A DNA stretch of 64,000 nucleotides from Cladosporium halotolerans (lineage: Eukaryota): contig NW_027191486.1 of NCBI RefSeq assembly GCF_011745625.1, positions 62,001-126,000 of the forward strand. Direction: 5' to 3'. Position numbers and translations under genes: made by a program. Positions 1 to 11,850 of the stretch are shown here, piece after piece. Under the pieces are notes generated by a model. The model had not been told where the DNA came from. It saw only the letters and a program-made list of their open reading frames with translations, and searched no databases. Each line of letters opens with the position of its first letter. Position 1 is the first letter of the stretch.

Positions 1-2598
1 GGACGCCATCTTTGTTCTGACTTACGCGATCATCATGTTGAACACCGATCAATACAACCCCAACGTCAAGACGGCGAATCGGATGAAGCTGCAGGATTTT
101 GCGAGGAACTTGCGCGGTGTGAACGGCGGCAGCAACTTCGACGACCAGTACCTGGAGGACATCTACAACGCGATCAAAGCACGAGAGATCGTCCTGCCCG
201 AGGAGCACGACAACAAGCACGCTTTCGAACACGCCTGGAAGGAGCTTTTGATCAAGACACAAACGGCAGAGGACCTTGCCATCTGCGACACCAACATCTA
301 CGACGCAGAAATGTTCGCAGCCACGTGGAAGCCGATTGTCGCGACGTTGAACTACGTCTTCGTGTCAGCGACCGAAGACGCCGTCTTCCAGCGCGTTATC
401 GCTGGCTACAACCAGTGCGCGCAGATCGCCGCTCGCTACGGCATCAGCGAGTGCTTGGACACGATCATTGAGTCTTTGAGCAAAATCAGCACTCTGGCTA
501 CAGAAACTCCAAGCGACACCAGCCTCAACACTGAGGTGCAAGCGGGCGGTAAGAGCATCATGGTATCGAAGTTCGCTGTGGACTTTGGCCGAGATCAGAA
601 GGCGCAGCTCGCCACGGTGGTGCTGTTCAGGATCATCAATGGGAACGAGAAGGCGATTCGAGATGGTTGGACGCACGTGAGTTTCGCATTGATCGATATG
701 CGCAGGGTGTTCATGTTGCTAACGATGTTGCTCAGATTGTTCGCATTATCATCAATTTGTTCGTCAACTCTCTCATCCCGACAAGCTTTACAAGCATTTC
801 AAGAGATCTGGACCTCCCACCCATACCCCTGCAATCACCTGCCCAAGTAATCGAGCGCAACGACAAAGCCGGAGACGTCGGCCTCTTCAGCGCATTTACC
901 AGCTATGTTAGCAGCGTGATGAACGACGAGCCTCCTGAGCCGAACGACCAAGAAATCGAGTCCACACTCTTGACGGTAGACTGCATCACAGACTGCCGGT
1001 TCGAAGAGATCTTGGGCAACGTCAGCGAACTCCCGGTAGACTCGCTGAAGTCTCTCACGCTGGCGTTGCTTGGGTCTCTGCCGGAGAATGAATCTCCGAG
1101 AGTCATTACGGTCAAGCCAGAAGTGCCATCCCCGCAACCCGTCCGAGGCTCTGCCGCCAAGGCCGCTGCTGATGCGCCCGTCTACGACCCATCTCTCGTC
1201 TACGTTCTGGAGCTGGCGACGATTCTGGCGTTGCGCGACGAGGAAACCATCGCAACCCTTGGCGCTGACGCGGCGGAGGCTTTACAGGTAGCTATCCGCG
1301 ACGCGGAACATCTGCACCCCGTGGCTCTTAGCCGCGCGGTCTTCTACCTGCTGAGCCTGCTGCGCGCAAGCAACGACCACGGCTACATTCGCGTCCCTGT
1401 CGTTCTGCACGCCATCTCCTCCTTCCGCCCCGAGCTGCTGAAGCAGTGCGCTCAGCCCATCCTCAAGGGCATTCACGGCTGTATCAGCGGCCCTCCGGAG
1501 CTGAGGAACGAGCTGGCCTCCAGCCCGGACTTTTGGGCTGTGCTCCATATCCTGCAGCCGCACCCCGAAGCGGCGGATCTGGCGTTCGACATTGCAGAGT
1601 CCGTCGCCACTGGCCAGCTGCCGGCGATTACTGCAGACAACTACGAGCCGGCGGTTTCTCTGCTCAACGCTTTCGCCACGGCTGGTAGCGCCGGCGCCAA
1701 GTTCGAGCAACAGCAGCGCGAGCAGCCCGTCCGCAGAGGCCAGCAGCCGCCGCCGGAGAAGAAACTCACCAAGAAGCCTGACGCGGTGCCACGTGCGACC
1801 AAGGCCATCGGCATAGTGACGCAGCTCGCAGGCCGCGTGCCTGCGCTCATCGAGCAGTCCCACCTCGAGACCCACGAGGCCTGGAAGGCATACTGGTCGC
1901 CGATATTCCGCTGTCTTGCCACGCAGTGCGTCAACCCGTGCCGCGAGGTCCGCTACCATGCCTTCACCTCCCTCCAGCGCTGCCTGCAGGCCCCCGACCT
2001 CGCCTCTCCAGACCACACGGAGTGGACCAAGATCTTCGGCGAGGTGCTCTTCCCGCTGATCAACCAGCTGCTGAAGCCTGAGGTCTACCAGACCGACCCG
2101 CACGGCATGACGGAGACGCGCCTGCAGGCCGTCCAGCTGCTCTGCAAAACCTTCCTGCATTACCTCACCCTGCTCAGCGAGTGGGACGGCATGCTCGACC
2201 TCTGGACGCGCATCCTGGGCACCATGGACCGCCTCCTGAACAGCGGCCAGAGCAGCATGCTCGTGGAGGCCATGCCGGAGTCCCTCAAGAACGTCCTGCT
2301 CGTCATGGCCAGCGCAGACTACCTCGTCCAGCCGCCCGCCACAGCGGACAAAGAATCGCGCACCGAGCAGCAGCAACAACTCTGGTCCGAGACCTGGACC
2401 AGAACGGAGAAGTTCCTGCCCGGCCTGATGGCGGAGCTATTCCCCGACGCCAGGAAAGAGCCCGCGCCCGCCGCAGCGCAGGCGCCCAGCGACGAGATGG
2501 CCAAGCTGTCTGTGTCGGAGGACGCGACTGACACCGCGTCGTCGCAAGGGACGGACGAGCCCGCGCCCGCTGCCTCAGCGGAGTCGCAGGCTGCTTAG
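1..2598 (+). CDS. GEA2: Sec7-domain ARF guanine-nucleotide exchange factor, GBF1/Gea family (5'-partial); intron 677..735
   Basis: The Sec7 C-terminal motif (IIMLNTDQYNPNVK...M..DFARNLRGVNGG.NF...YLEDIYNAIK.REI) is followed by HDS-type regions. ORFs 35..850 and 667..2598 are joined by a GTGAGT...GCTAAC...CAG intron. The stop is TAG at 2596-2598. Confidence 0.9.
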
Positions 2599-3311
2599 GT
2601 AGTGGTCGACCGCGCGTCGGTCCCGTGTCTATATCTCATGTAAGCATAGCGTTGGCGTTCATCGGGTGTTTCATACTGCAAAGGAATGGAAGGAAGGATG
2701 GGGGGTTTCCGATAGATAGAGACGGTAGAGAAAAGCTCCGACTCGCTCGGGTGTTTGATGTAATGTGACTTGCTTATCTGCTTGACTCGCTTGCATTCAA
2801 CTACGCCACGACACGCAATCGTTCCTCGTCTTCCTATCTTGCGTTTGAGTCTGGAAATCACCCTCCCCTGCGGAAGAGGAAATCTCGGTCGGCTTGCTCG
2901 AGCGATTTTGGTAAGGTAAATAGTGATACGTGTATGGTCTATGTAAAAAGTCAGGTAAGGCATGGCAAGGCAAGGCAAACCGTAAGAATTCTGGTTCCGC
3001 TCGCTAGAAAGTAAACTCTGCCGTTCGTGCTCCGTGATCGTGAGGTGTCATATCCTGTTTCTCAACAAAATCCAATAGAAAATTTCACGTCGTGCCCATT
3101 ACTTCCTCCTCTGGCCCTCCAAAACAAACGCGCCAAAGCGCTTCTGGACCCGCGCAGAAAACAGCACGTCTCTCTCTTTTTTATCCAGTCCGGTAGAAAC
3201 GCCGCATCCCCGCTCCCGTACTGTCTCTTGCTTCCTTCATTTGTTCCTCCGATTTGCTATTTCTACACACAACCCACATCCCGTGCGTTGCACAGCAAGT
3301 AACGCCGTTGC

Positions 3312-5257
3312 TCACTTCTGCAGCACCTCATCAATCCCCATCCTCCTGCGCTTCCTTGGCGACTGCTGCCGCTGACTCTCGCTGTCCTCCTCGCTCTCCG
3401 ACGTCCGCTGAGCGCCTCCGGCCGAGAGGGTGACGGGCGACGCCTGAATTGGGTGCATGCTCGCGGGGCCCGCGGAGTGAGTCAGGGCTGGCGAAGCGGT
3501 TATGGGCGGGAGCTGGATGTCGCGGCCTGAGGCCGGGAGCGGTGTAGGCAGGGAGGGGGCGACGTATGGTGGGGGCTTGATGGTCGGGTTTGTGTGGACA
3601 GGTCGGGGTTCGAGGGGTGGCGCGAGGGTGTGTTGGGAGGGTTGCATGTAGGTCGAGTGGGGCTGCCAGTATATTGAAGGCGTGTGTAGGGTTGGTGGAG
3701 GGTAGGTCCTCGTTAGGGGAGGCTGGCCGCGGTGGAGATGATGAGGTGGTGCGTGTGCAGTGTCGAATGGTTTCATGAGTAAGGGTGGTGCAGACGGTGC
3801 CATGGCATGCCGGGGCTGTTCCCTTGCAGGCTCCTCTCTGGGTGTTAAAGGTGGTCCGAAGGTATACGGCGATGCTCCATGGCCGATGGGCGGATGCGGC
3901 GGAGGCGGTTCAACCGGTCGGAAACTTGGTAGCGAGACCACTACGAAATACGTCGCGGCTTTTGCCAGACGTACCCTCGCCGGGAACGTCTGCGATCCTC
4001 TTGGGCCCGGCTGCAGCTGTACCCACATATATGTGTGATCCGAAAATCCTTGTGTGAGCCTTTCCACCTCTGCATCAGCGATTCCTCCAAGTGGATCTTC
4101 GCCGCTCGAGACAATGGGTGGTAGATATGAGGGCTCCCGGACTTCACGCTCGCCTCGTAAGCGGGTTCGAATAGACATGAAGCTCTCAGAATCCGCCGGG
4201 GCTGCGATCTCGTGTAATCGGTGGTTGGTCAAGTCGCGATTGTCGGCCATGACTTGTCGAAATGACGTGTTGGCACGTATGATCACAAAGTCCAAATCCA
4301 GCAGCGCTGTCGGTACTTCCGGTTCGGCTTGGGGCGATGTAGTAAGATGCAGTGGCGGCTGATATGTCAACGGGGTCTGGAAGGGAGGTGGTGGCCTTGG
4401 GAGGAAACTGGGCGTTGACGGCGGTCCGTAGCTAGGTGACTCTTCGCTGGTCATCGACTGAATGGATCTGAAAGACTCTGCTCGCCGGGAGCGAGTGGCA
4501 GCTATGGGCCGTGTTGGTGTTGTCATCGGTGCTGTAGCCGTACTGCTTGTCTTTGTTGACGACATGGTCCTCTCCAGTCCGAATTGGCCTTCGTCTCGTA
4601 GTCTAGGTCGGCCTCGCTTCTTGTGTGCGACATCGTAGCAAGTATCCTAGCGAGGTCAGGGAGTTCTTTGATGCAGTGAGCTAGGGTACTTACTTGCTTC
4701 CCTGAAGAAATGCACCGTGCACATGGTCTTTGCACATCGCAACTCAAGTGTGCCCGCTTGCAGTTGACGCAGGCCGATGCCACGTGAGTCTTTGCTTTCC
4801 TACTCGCCTGAGGGGTCGTTTGTGCAGCGGTCAACGCAGGAGGTGCGTACGCCGCAGAATAGTATTGCCCTGCCGCAGACGTGAGAGGTACAGCTCCAGA
4901 TCCAGTCACAAAAGATGCTGGGAGATGATAAGCAGGGTGACCGGCCTGCGTAATCCCAAGAGATGTGATAGACGTCGTGGTTTGTTCGAGGGAATGTGCA
5001 GGAGTTGATACAGATGTCGGAGCCGTTGCAGCAGGCACGATTTGCTGGCTGAGGGTTGAAGGTAGGGTCAAGTCCGATGTTCGTCGTTTTGGAGATGGAG
5101 GGCTTGACATGGGCGGAGAAGGATAGCCCGATCCTGCTCCTCGGGCTGAATCCCACAGGTACGCCGATTTGCGTCTCAGCGTCGTGTATCGTAAGTCGCA
5201 ATTTCCGTTGGGGAGAGGTTGGTGAGCGAATGTGAGCAGTGAGGATCCGTCAATCAT
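3312..5257 (-). CDS. Zn(II)2Cys6 transcription factor with a PAS-like central region; intron 4647..4693; start uncertain
   Basis: HVASACVNCKRAHLSCDVQRPCARCISSGKQ is spliced (GTAAGT...CTGAC...TAG) to DTCYDVAHKKRGRPR, completing the six-Cys cluster, and continues in frame into ORF 3312..4565. The segment PTALLDLDFVIIRANTSFRQVM looks PAS-like, and the C-terminus has RKRRRMGIDEVL. Confidence 0.85.
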
Positions 5258-8134
5258 TGCTTCGCGCCAGGCAGTCGATGCGTGCCTTTACAGCTTTCGG
5301 CGGACTTTGGTCCTGTCCAATGCAATGCTCGAAGCTAGATGTCGATAAGGTCGTTGACCTAGTTGGGAACGACAGTATTCAGGGAAGTCGTCTATCATTC
5401 AGTAGAGGAGAGTGCCCTCGCTGACGTGTTTGAGAGTGCGCTACACCCGTTCGTTGGTCGCCCTGCCTAGACCAGATAGAGCCTCAGCATTGTGTGCGCA
5501 CAATGCGAATTGGAAAGGATTATAGCGCCAGATTAGCGATACACAAAGCGCTGTATTGTCATGTGGGTAAAGAGTGACTTCCAGCTCTACGTAAGAGACG
5601 AGTGCACGAGAGCGAGCGTGGGGAGGTAGAAGGTTGGTGTTACAGCGAAGAGGCGGTTGCAGAGCGCGATCTCCGAAACACGACGGCTCCGGAATTCTGA
5701 CCTTACATACCGCCCCGAGCCCGCGGTCGAGTAGGCACGTTTCCTCGAACACACAGTAGGCAACGGTCCGCAGAGGATCTACGAACCTTGTTTTTTCCCC
5801 ATAATCATCTCAGTCACAGAAGGTCCCGTGTGTTGCACGGTCTACGGGGGGTCACTTACTCGAGGCCTCCAAACCTCAATGATGAGTCTCGAAGACCCTG
5901 CCCGCGATTGCGGGATCCAGAATGGCATGCATGATGCGCACCGACGCTAGGCGAGCTAGATCCTTACCTCGACATGAAGGACAAGAACGGGGCGCGACAA
6001 AAGACAACCGTATTCATGCATGTCAGTTCGGGGACGCGTATCGCTTGCCTCGCTGGTGGCAGGCGCCCGCAGAGGCAGAGGTGCGCCTCAGCCGTCATGC
6101 TAAGCGCCAGACGGATCCTCAGTCCGCCGCCCCTGCCAGTAGATCGGCGTGGTTCCTGCTTGCAATGGATAAAGCTTGATGGTTTAGCGTCTGACCCGCG
6201 GAGCTGACTGCTCTTCACTTAAGGTTATCAGACGCATGATGGTTTCGCATGTCGACGTCGCCCTCTGCGACGCAACGTAAAATCACCCGTCACCTGAAAG
6301 GTCTGATGTATGACCCGAGGTCTGCATCGACTCAGCAGTCTCCGGCAGGCCAGCGTACGGTATAAATGATCATCCCAACCGCTGTGCGAAGTCTCAGTGA
6401 CCTGCGCCGTCAACACTAAGACACACCACGGACGGAGTGACAAGCGCCGACCACCGACCTCGATGGCTTTTTCGGACGATCGCACAACCCCGGTATCCTT
6501 GAAGGAATCCCCAGGGCGGCCCCGCTGAGGAGGGGGGCGGCGGATGAGGCTAAACGTCGTTTTCTCCTGGCGTCAGAAAACAGGCCCAGAAGGCTGTTGT
6601 CAGCCGTCTTCGGGAAGAAAGCACTGACTCCTGGCCGAATTCGACGGCACACAAACAGATTGCGTGCCTGAAGGATTCACCTGGGGCGGCGAGGTGTCAT
6701 TCAAATAGCAGAAGCCCACTGCGGCGACGCGGGTCGCCGTGGCTTTTGGCGTAGCGAGTCCAATTCATTTGCATTGCCTTTTATTCGATCAGGGAACCAA
6801 TCCGGAGGGGGAGGCGGGAAGCTCTAGCCGCTCGTGTGCTGGATCGGCCGAGGGCACTACGGAGATCGAAGAGATGGGCATGCAGGTGAAGGAGGAGCCG
6901 AAGGCCGGATTGTCCGACGCAGCGTCCACGGCCTTGTGGAGGGACCACCGTTGCGCAACGTCTGTGCGCGGCAGGCTGTAGGGAATAATAACGCCTCGTC
7001 GCCTAAACTTGATCCATCGTGCGGTTGTTGCAGCTAACGGGCGCGCGCCAGCCTTGTTGCTGAGTTGCGCTGTTGCGATGTGCTGAAGTTACAACGCAGG
7101 TGTCGTCGGGTGTCGGGCCTTGGCAGCGCTAGCTCGCTCTGCGCGGCGGATGGGCGCCCGCTCGCTGCCCGCTGCCCTGCTGCAGCGCCGCCTCTGCCTG
7201 CTGCTGAGCCTGTCTGCCTGACCGCAGGCGACGATCACGTCCCAGAGCCAGAGGCGCCGCCGGTGCTGGCTCTAACCTTGTGTGCGCGTCCCCACACCCA
7301 CGGTGCCAGTCGCTGCGAGTGCATCTCATCGCAGCTCAGCGTGCGGTTTGCAGATGGCGGGACTGACTCGCCTGATCGTCCGGCGGGTCCCATGGCATCT
7401 CGAACACCTCGTGTCATACCAAGCATGATCTGAGACCGCTTCCCTCCGAACGCGGGCGCTCACAACGGGGTGGGTATCATCGACGTATCATTGAGTGCTG
7501 GAAGTCCGGCGATCGTCAGGTCATGAGCGTTGTTATATACCAGTGCGCCGAACGTTGAGCGTTGGAGGCCGTTTAGACGGCATCCATTACTGGGGACGTA
7601 AGACACCAAGCATCCAGAACCTCGGTGCAGTATCGGAAACAAAGCCGCACTGGCTGTAACTTGAAGGACCTCGAGCTTCTTGGAGCTGTGATGTGATGGT
7701 TGTTTGGACCTACCCCAACCCTAACCCTACCAACCCTGGCGTCCACCTCTTTTGTGACATTGCAGCTGCATCTTATGAACGGTCGGCGTCTCATGACCAG
7801 TACTGCATTCCCTGTATGTCAATCTTTTTTGTAATGCCATCGTCGGACTGCCGAACCGCGGATTCCCAAGTTATCCTGCGACATGCTACGACGTGAATTT
7901 GCAAGCCGTCTCAACGATGAAATGCTCGTCGCTTCTTGTTCCAGAACCCACCACCACGCCGGCCGCGGACAGCCAGAACAGCAATCTCGAGCCCTCAGTG
8001 GATCACATGATATGCCAGTGAATCAACTATATTTAGTGCAAGCAAATGTTACCACCGGTTCAGCGTCCAGACATTAAGATACCCTCTAGGCGATCTCCTG
8101 GTGACCCGGACCGAGTATGTCGAGTTGAAGAAAT

Positions 8135-8346
8135 GAAGAGGATTGAGCGTGGTATAGCACGACTCTGGAATGTAACTTCTAAGGCATGATATTGAATGTT
8201 ACACGAGCGAATATATGGAGACCAAAAGAGTATGAGTCAAGAAGAGGATTAAGCGTGGTATGGCACGACTCTAGAATGTAATTTCCAAGGCATGATATTA
8301 AATGCTATACGAGTGAATATACGGAGACCAAAAGAGCACGAGCCAA
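8135..8346. repeat. Head-to-tail 106-bp tandem duplication (8135..8240 / 8241..8346)
   Basis: Ungapped manual alignment gives 93/106 identical positions, and all 13 differences are C/T or G/A transitions. Confidence 0.95.
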
Positions 8347-8427
8347 GCAGATGGCAAGACCTCCAGAATGACCTTTCCAAACAACAAAAATAAAAAAGAA
8401 AGGTCTCTTGAAGCTTTGAATAGGAAT

Positions 8428-8553
8428 AGCCGAAGGTGGGGCTCGAACCCACGACCTTGAGGTTGATCTCTTGAAGGCATCACGTGGAAGGCAGAGCCCT
8501 GTAAGAGAATGCTCCGTAAGAGCCACACGCTCTACCGATTGAGCTACCCCGGC
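8428..8553 (-). tRNA. tRNA-Lys(CTT) with 53-nt intron (8464..8516)
   Basis: The minus strand reads GCCGGGG-TA-GCTC-AATCGGTA-GAGC-G-TGTGG-CT-CTT-A-[intron]-A-CCTCA-AGGTC-GTGGG-TTCGAGC-CCCAC-CTTCGGC-T. A and B boxes are intact, the intron follows position 37, and an oligo-T Pol III terminator lies downstream (~8386-8397). Confidence 0.93.
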
Positions 8554-10417
8554 AAGGGTCTCTGATTGATGGGAAGGGAGGCGACGGCAAGGTACAAGGA
8601 GGCTAGGAGGTTTGAGAGAGGGCTCGGAAGAGGTGTTGGGCTTTTTCGCGGAATTTTTCTGGCCAGGGTGGGCCGAGTAGGGGTTGGGTCGGTGACGGGG
8701 CGGAAGCCGGCGGCGACGAGGTCGACCGATGGCCCGTAGCGGTTCCCAACCCCGTGGCTAGGCGGAACTCGTGGCCGGCAGCGGCAGGGTAGCACGGGTG
8801 GTAGAGTAGCGAATGCTGGTTGGTGGATACATCGAAGTTGGGCGAACGCGTGGGATCTTGAAATGGTGGTAGAAGCTGCGAATCTTTGTCATAGAAGAAT
8901 TTCCTGGTGAGGAATTGAGATTGATGTCTATCAGGAACGGGTAGCACGACATGTTCTCCGAGATGCCATTACGAGGCACTGGACTTGGGAACTACTAATT
9001 GGTTGGTTTTCCGACGAGCGCCCGGGCTTGAAAATGCCGGAGGTACTGCTTTGACATTCGAGATGTGCATGCATCCTAGATCTTTAATGTCTGTCAGTAA
9101 AGTTCCTTGATGGCTTCCGAATAGCAAAGGAACAGAACAGGCTTGCGTTTTCAGTAAAGCCGTTTTAACGCACGCCCATCCGCCGGCACTTTGCCATACC
9201 ATCCAAAACGAACAGCATGGCGCCGTGCTCTGAAGCTCCATTACACGGTGTGACGAGCACACCGCTTTAATTGTAACTCCACAACCGATCATCCCGTCAA
9301 GCGCAAACGCCGACGGTACGGTATAAGGGAGGGGAACTCGGCAGATTAGGCCACCCATACGGGTTCGTGGAATGGATAGACTGGGTGTCATCCTCAAGCG
9401 TAGGGGAAGGAAACGAGGGTGACGTACGCTGATGGGCAGTGCGGATTTTCGAAAATGGAGAGCCTGGTACCTGTGATCTTTTTTCTTGTCAGCATGGAAT
9501 TCAGAACAAGTATTGAAACAATTTGTCAAGCAAGATTGTCAAGATCAGACATAGGTAAGCTTTGGTAGGGGTTTTCCACATAATGCTTCAGTAGCAGAAC
9601 TGAAAATTTAATACACTCATCACAAGAACAGGGCTGGAGAAAGATAGCGAACGTACCGATTGTGAGTAGCGGCAAGGCCAGTATGTTGTGTTCAGTGTAA
9701 CAGGCGGCGAGCAAGACGCCAGGTTAGCAGAACCACACTGTTGAAGGCGGTTCCGGGATGAAGGTATTGTGCTCTCTCAAAAGAATGACCTGCACACTTG
9801 TCAGCGAGCTGCTTCCATTCATTGACATGTATGCAATGAGTGTGAATGTGGCGAAGTAGATCAGATGGTGATGCATGTTTTGTTCGTGGCTCATTGAAGT
9901 CACCGGAACAGATGTGATAGACTTCATCGTGTGAAGCCAGGGCGTGTAGGTAGGGATCCCGTGGAACGTACCTTTCAGATCGAGAGAAGACCAGCGAGAC
10001 TCACCGTCTCGGTCGCACCCGGGTCATGCAGAGTCGTAGGTCGTGTCATGCCAAGAGACCGGTTGGTCTACAAAACCTCGCATTCGCCTCATTGGGGAGA
10101 TCTGAAGCCTTCCGGACAGGAAACATGCTTCAGAACCTTTTGCCCAGCCATCGATGCGTGCGCGCATGCATGCTTGTGAAGACAAAGGTCATGCATGTAA
10201 AGATGAAGTCGCGAAGTTGAATTTAGAGAGGAAGACTTCTCTCGCGAGTGCTCGGACCGTCACGGGAGTGCCAAGGCCTTCGCCGCAGGGCCGCGGCGGG
10301 CATGGGGAAGCCGACCTCGAAGAACATCTGGGCAAGCAGTAGGATCAGAGCCGACGGAGGGCAGCAATCAATACCACCAGATCAACCACAAAACACATTG
10401 TCTGCCGCGCAGCCACG

Positions 10418-11058
10418 ATGGCAGCCACATCAGCAGCAGCGACCGCGCTTGCGCCCTTCAAGGTGGGCATGAAGGAGATTTACCTGTACGCATCCCCATA
10501 CGAGGAACGTTAAATCGCATCCGAGCAAGAAATACTGACCAATACTCTCCCAAAAGGCCCAACTTCCACGTCACGCTCCATCGCACACCCACAGCGCCCC
10601 CGAACCTCGCCAGCTTCACGGTGCCTCTCTGGTTCAGCAAACTCGACCTCCGCGACTACCTGTTCCACGCCTACGATGTGCGGGTGAACTCCGTGCGGTC
10701 ATACGTTAAATTGCAGCGCATCCGACAAGGCAAGCCGTACCTGCTCAATGGCAAGGAATACCCGAGACCTCAGTACAAGCGCTGGCACCGCCCCCCCAGC
10801 ATCAAGCGCATGACGGTCGAGCTGGAGCGGCCGTTCGTGTGGCCGGAACCGTTGGAGGACATGGCGGCGTTTGCCAAGGGGCGGATGGAGGGTGTTGAGG
10901 AAGCCAGCAGGCAGATGCAAGAGAAGGCGGCGCCGACAGGCGACACGGTGATCAATGAGGATAGGAGGAAATCGATGAGGGAGCAGGCGAAAGCGTTGCT
11001 GGAGGGCAAGGCGAAGTGGAAGCCTGTTTCGGACAGCGCGTTCGCTCCGAGGCGATGA
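10418..11058 (+). CDS. MRP20: Mitochondrial ribosomal protein uL23m; intron 10486..10556
   Basis: The spliced product reads MAATSAAATALAPFKVGMKEIYLPNFHVTLHRTP...ASFTVPLWFSKLDLRDYLFHAYDVRVNSVRS...KRMTVELERPFVWP, carrying L23-type motifs. The intron is GTACGC...ACTGAC...AAG. Confidence 0.88.
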
Positions 11059-11204
11059 AGAAGGCATGAACATTGGGTGCGCAGAAAGGGCATAGCGCGG
11101 CGTTTGGGTAAAAATGGGAGACATCCCGGACGGGGATTCTGATTGTACATTACTTGTAAGCTACGCGGCTACCGCACTGAACACTTTCGCAAGACTTTCT
11201 TTGT

Positions 11205-11850
11205 TTGCAGACATGGCGACTTTGCATCGCTCGTTATTGAAAACCCAAGTAATCCTAGGAAGCCGACTGTCCCACCGACGACTTTCTGAGAATCCCAACC
11301 GAGCTTATACAGAACGCCTTCGCAGCGCTCAGTTTGTGGAGCTTTCCATCAAGACCAGACAGAACATGTTCGCACAGACCATGAAATCAACCAATCAAAC
11401 CCGGATAGAACACCTTCGCAACAATCGCCAGACCAAGCCCGGACTGAACGGCCTCGCAGCGTTCAACGGCCGGAAACCCTAATCAACTCCCGACAGAAAG
11501 CCTTCGTGGCGCCATGAAAACAAACAATCAAACCCGGATAGAAAAGCTTCGCAACAATCGCCCAATCAAGCCCGGACTGAACGCCTTCGCAGCATTCAAC
11601 GGTTGGAAACCGTAATCAACTCTGGACAGAAAGCCTTCGTAGCGCTTTGGTGATGATAGCCGCAACCAAGTCCGAATAGAGTGACTACGCAGCGCTCAGA
11701 AATTGGAGACCAAACTCAACTCCAGGCAGAACGACTGAGCAGTGCTCGTTGTTGAAGAACTTCCCATCAAACCCGGCCAGAACGCCTTAGCAGCGCTAGT
11801 TCCTTATGAAACAAACTTCATCAAGCCCAGACAATGGCTATCGTTCACCG
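11205..11850. repeat. Degenerate ~50-bp tandem array (12-13 units) with a 133-bp higher-order repeat (11381..11513 / 11514..11646)
   Basis: The core, approximately ATCAAGCCCGGACAGAACGCCTTCGCAGCGCT, recurs with anchors at about 11299, 11349, 11395, 11433, 11483, 11528, 11566, 11616, 11666, 11716, 11767 and 11821. Spacings are 50, 46, 38, 50, 45, 38, 50, 50, 50, 51 and 54. Confidence 0.9.

Noticed and set aside
6236..6307. Possible box C/D snoRNA (ATGATGG...CTGA)
   Set aside because: Box C is imperfect, there is no clear terminal stem, and the putative guide does not match the fungal 18S sequence as I recall it.
11205..11850. CRISPR array interpretation of the repeat/linker pattern
   Set aside because: The cores are far too degenerate, and the linkers are short, partly homologous and duplicated with the higher-order repeat. 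There are no cas genes and the host is a eukaryote.
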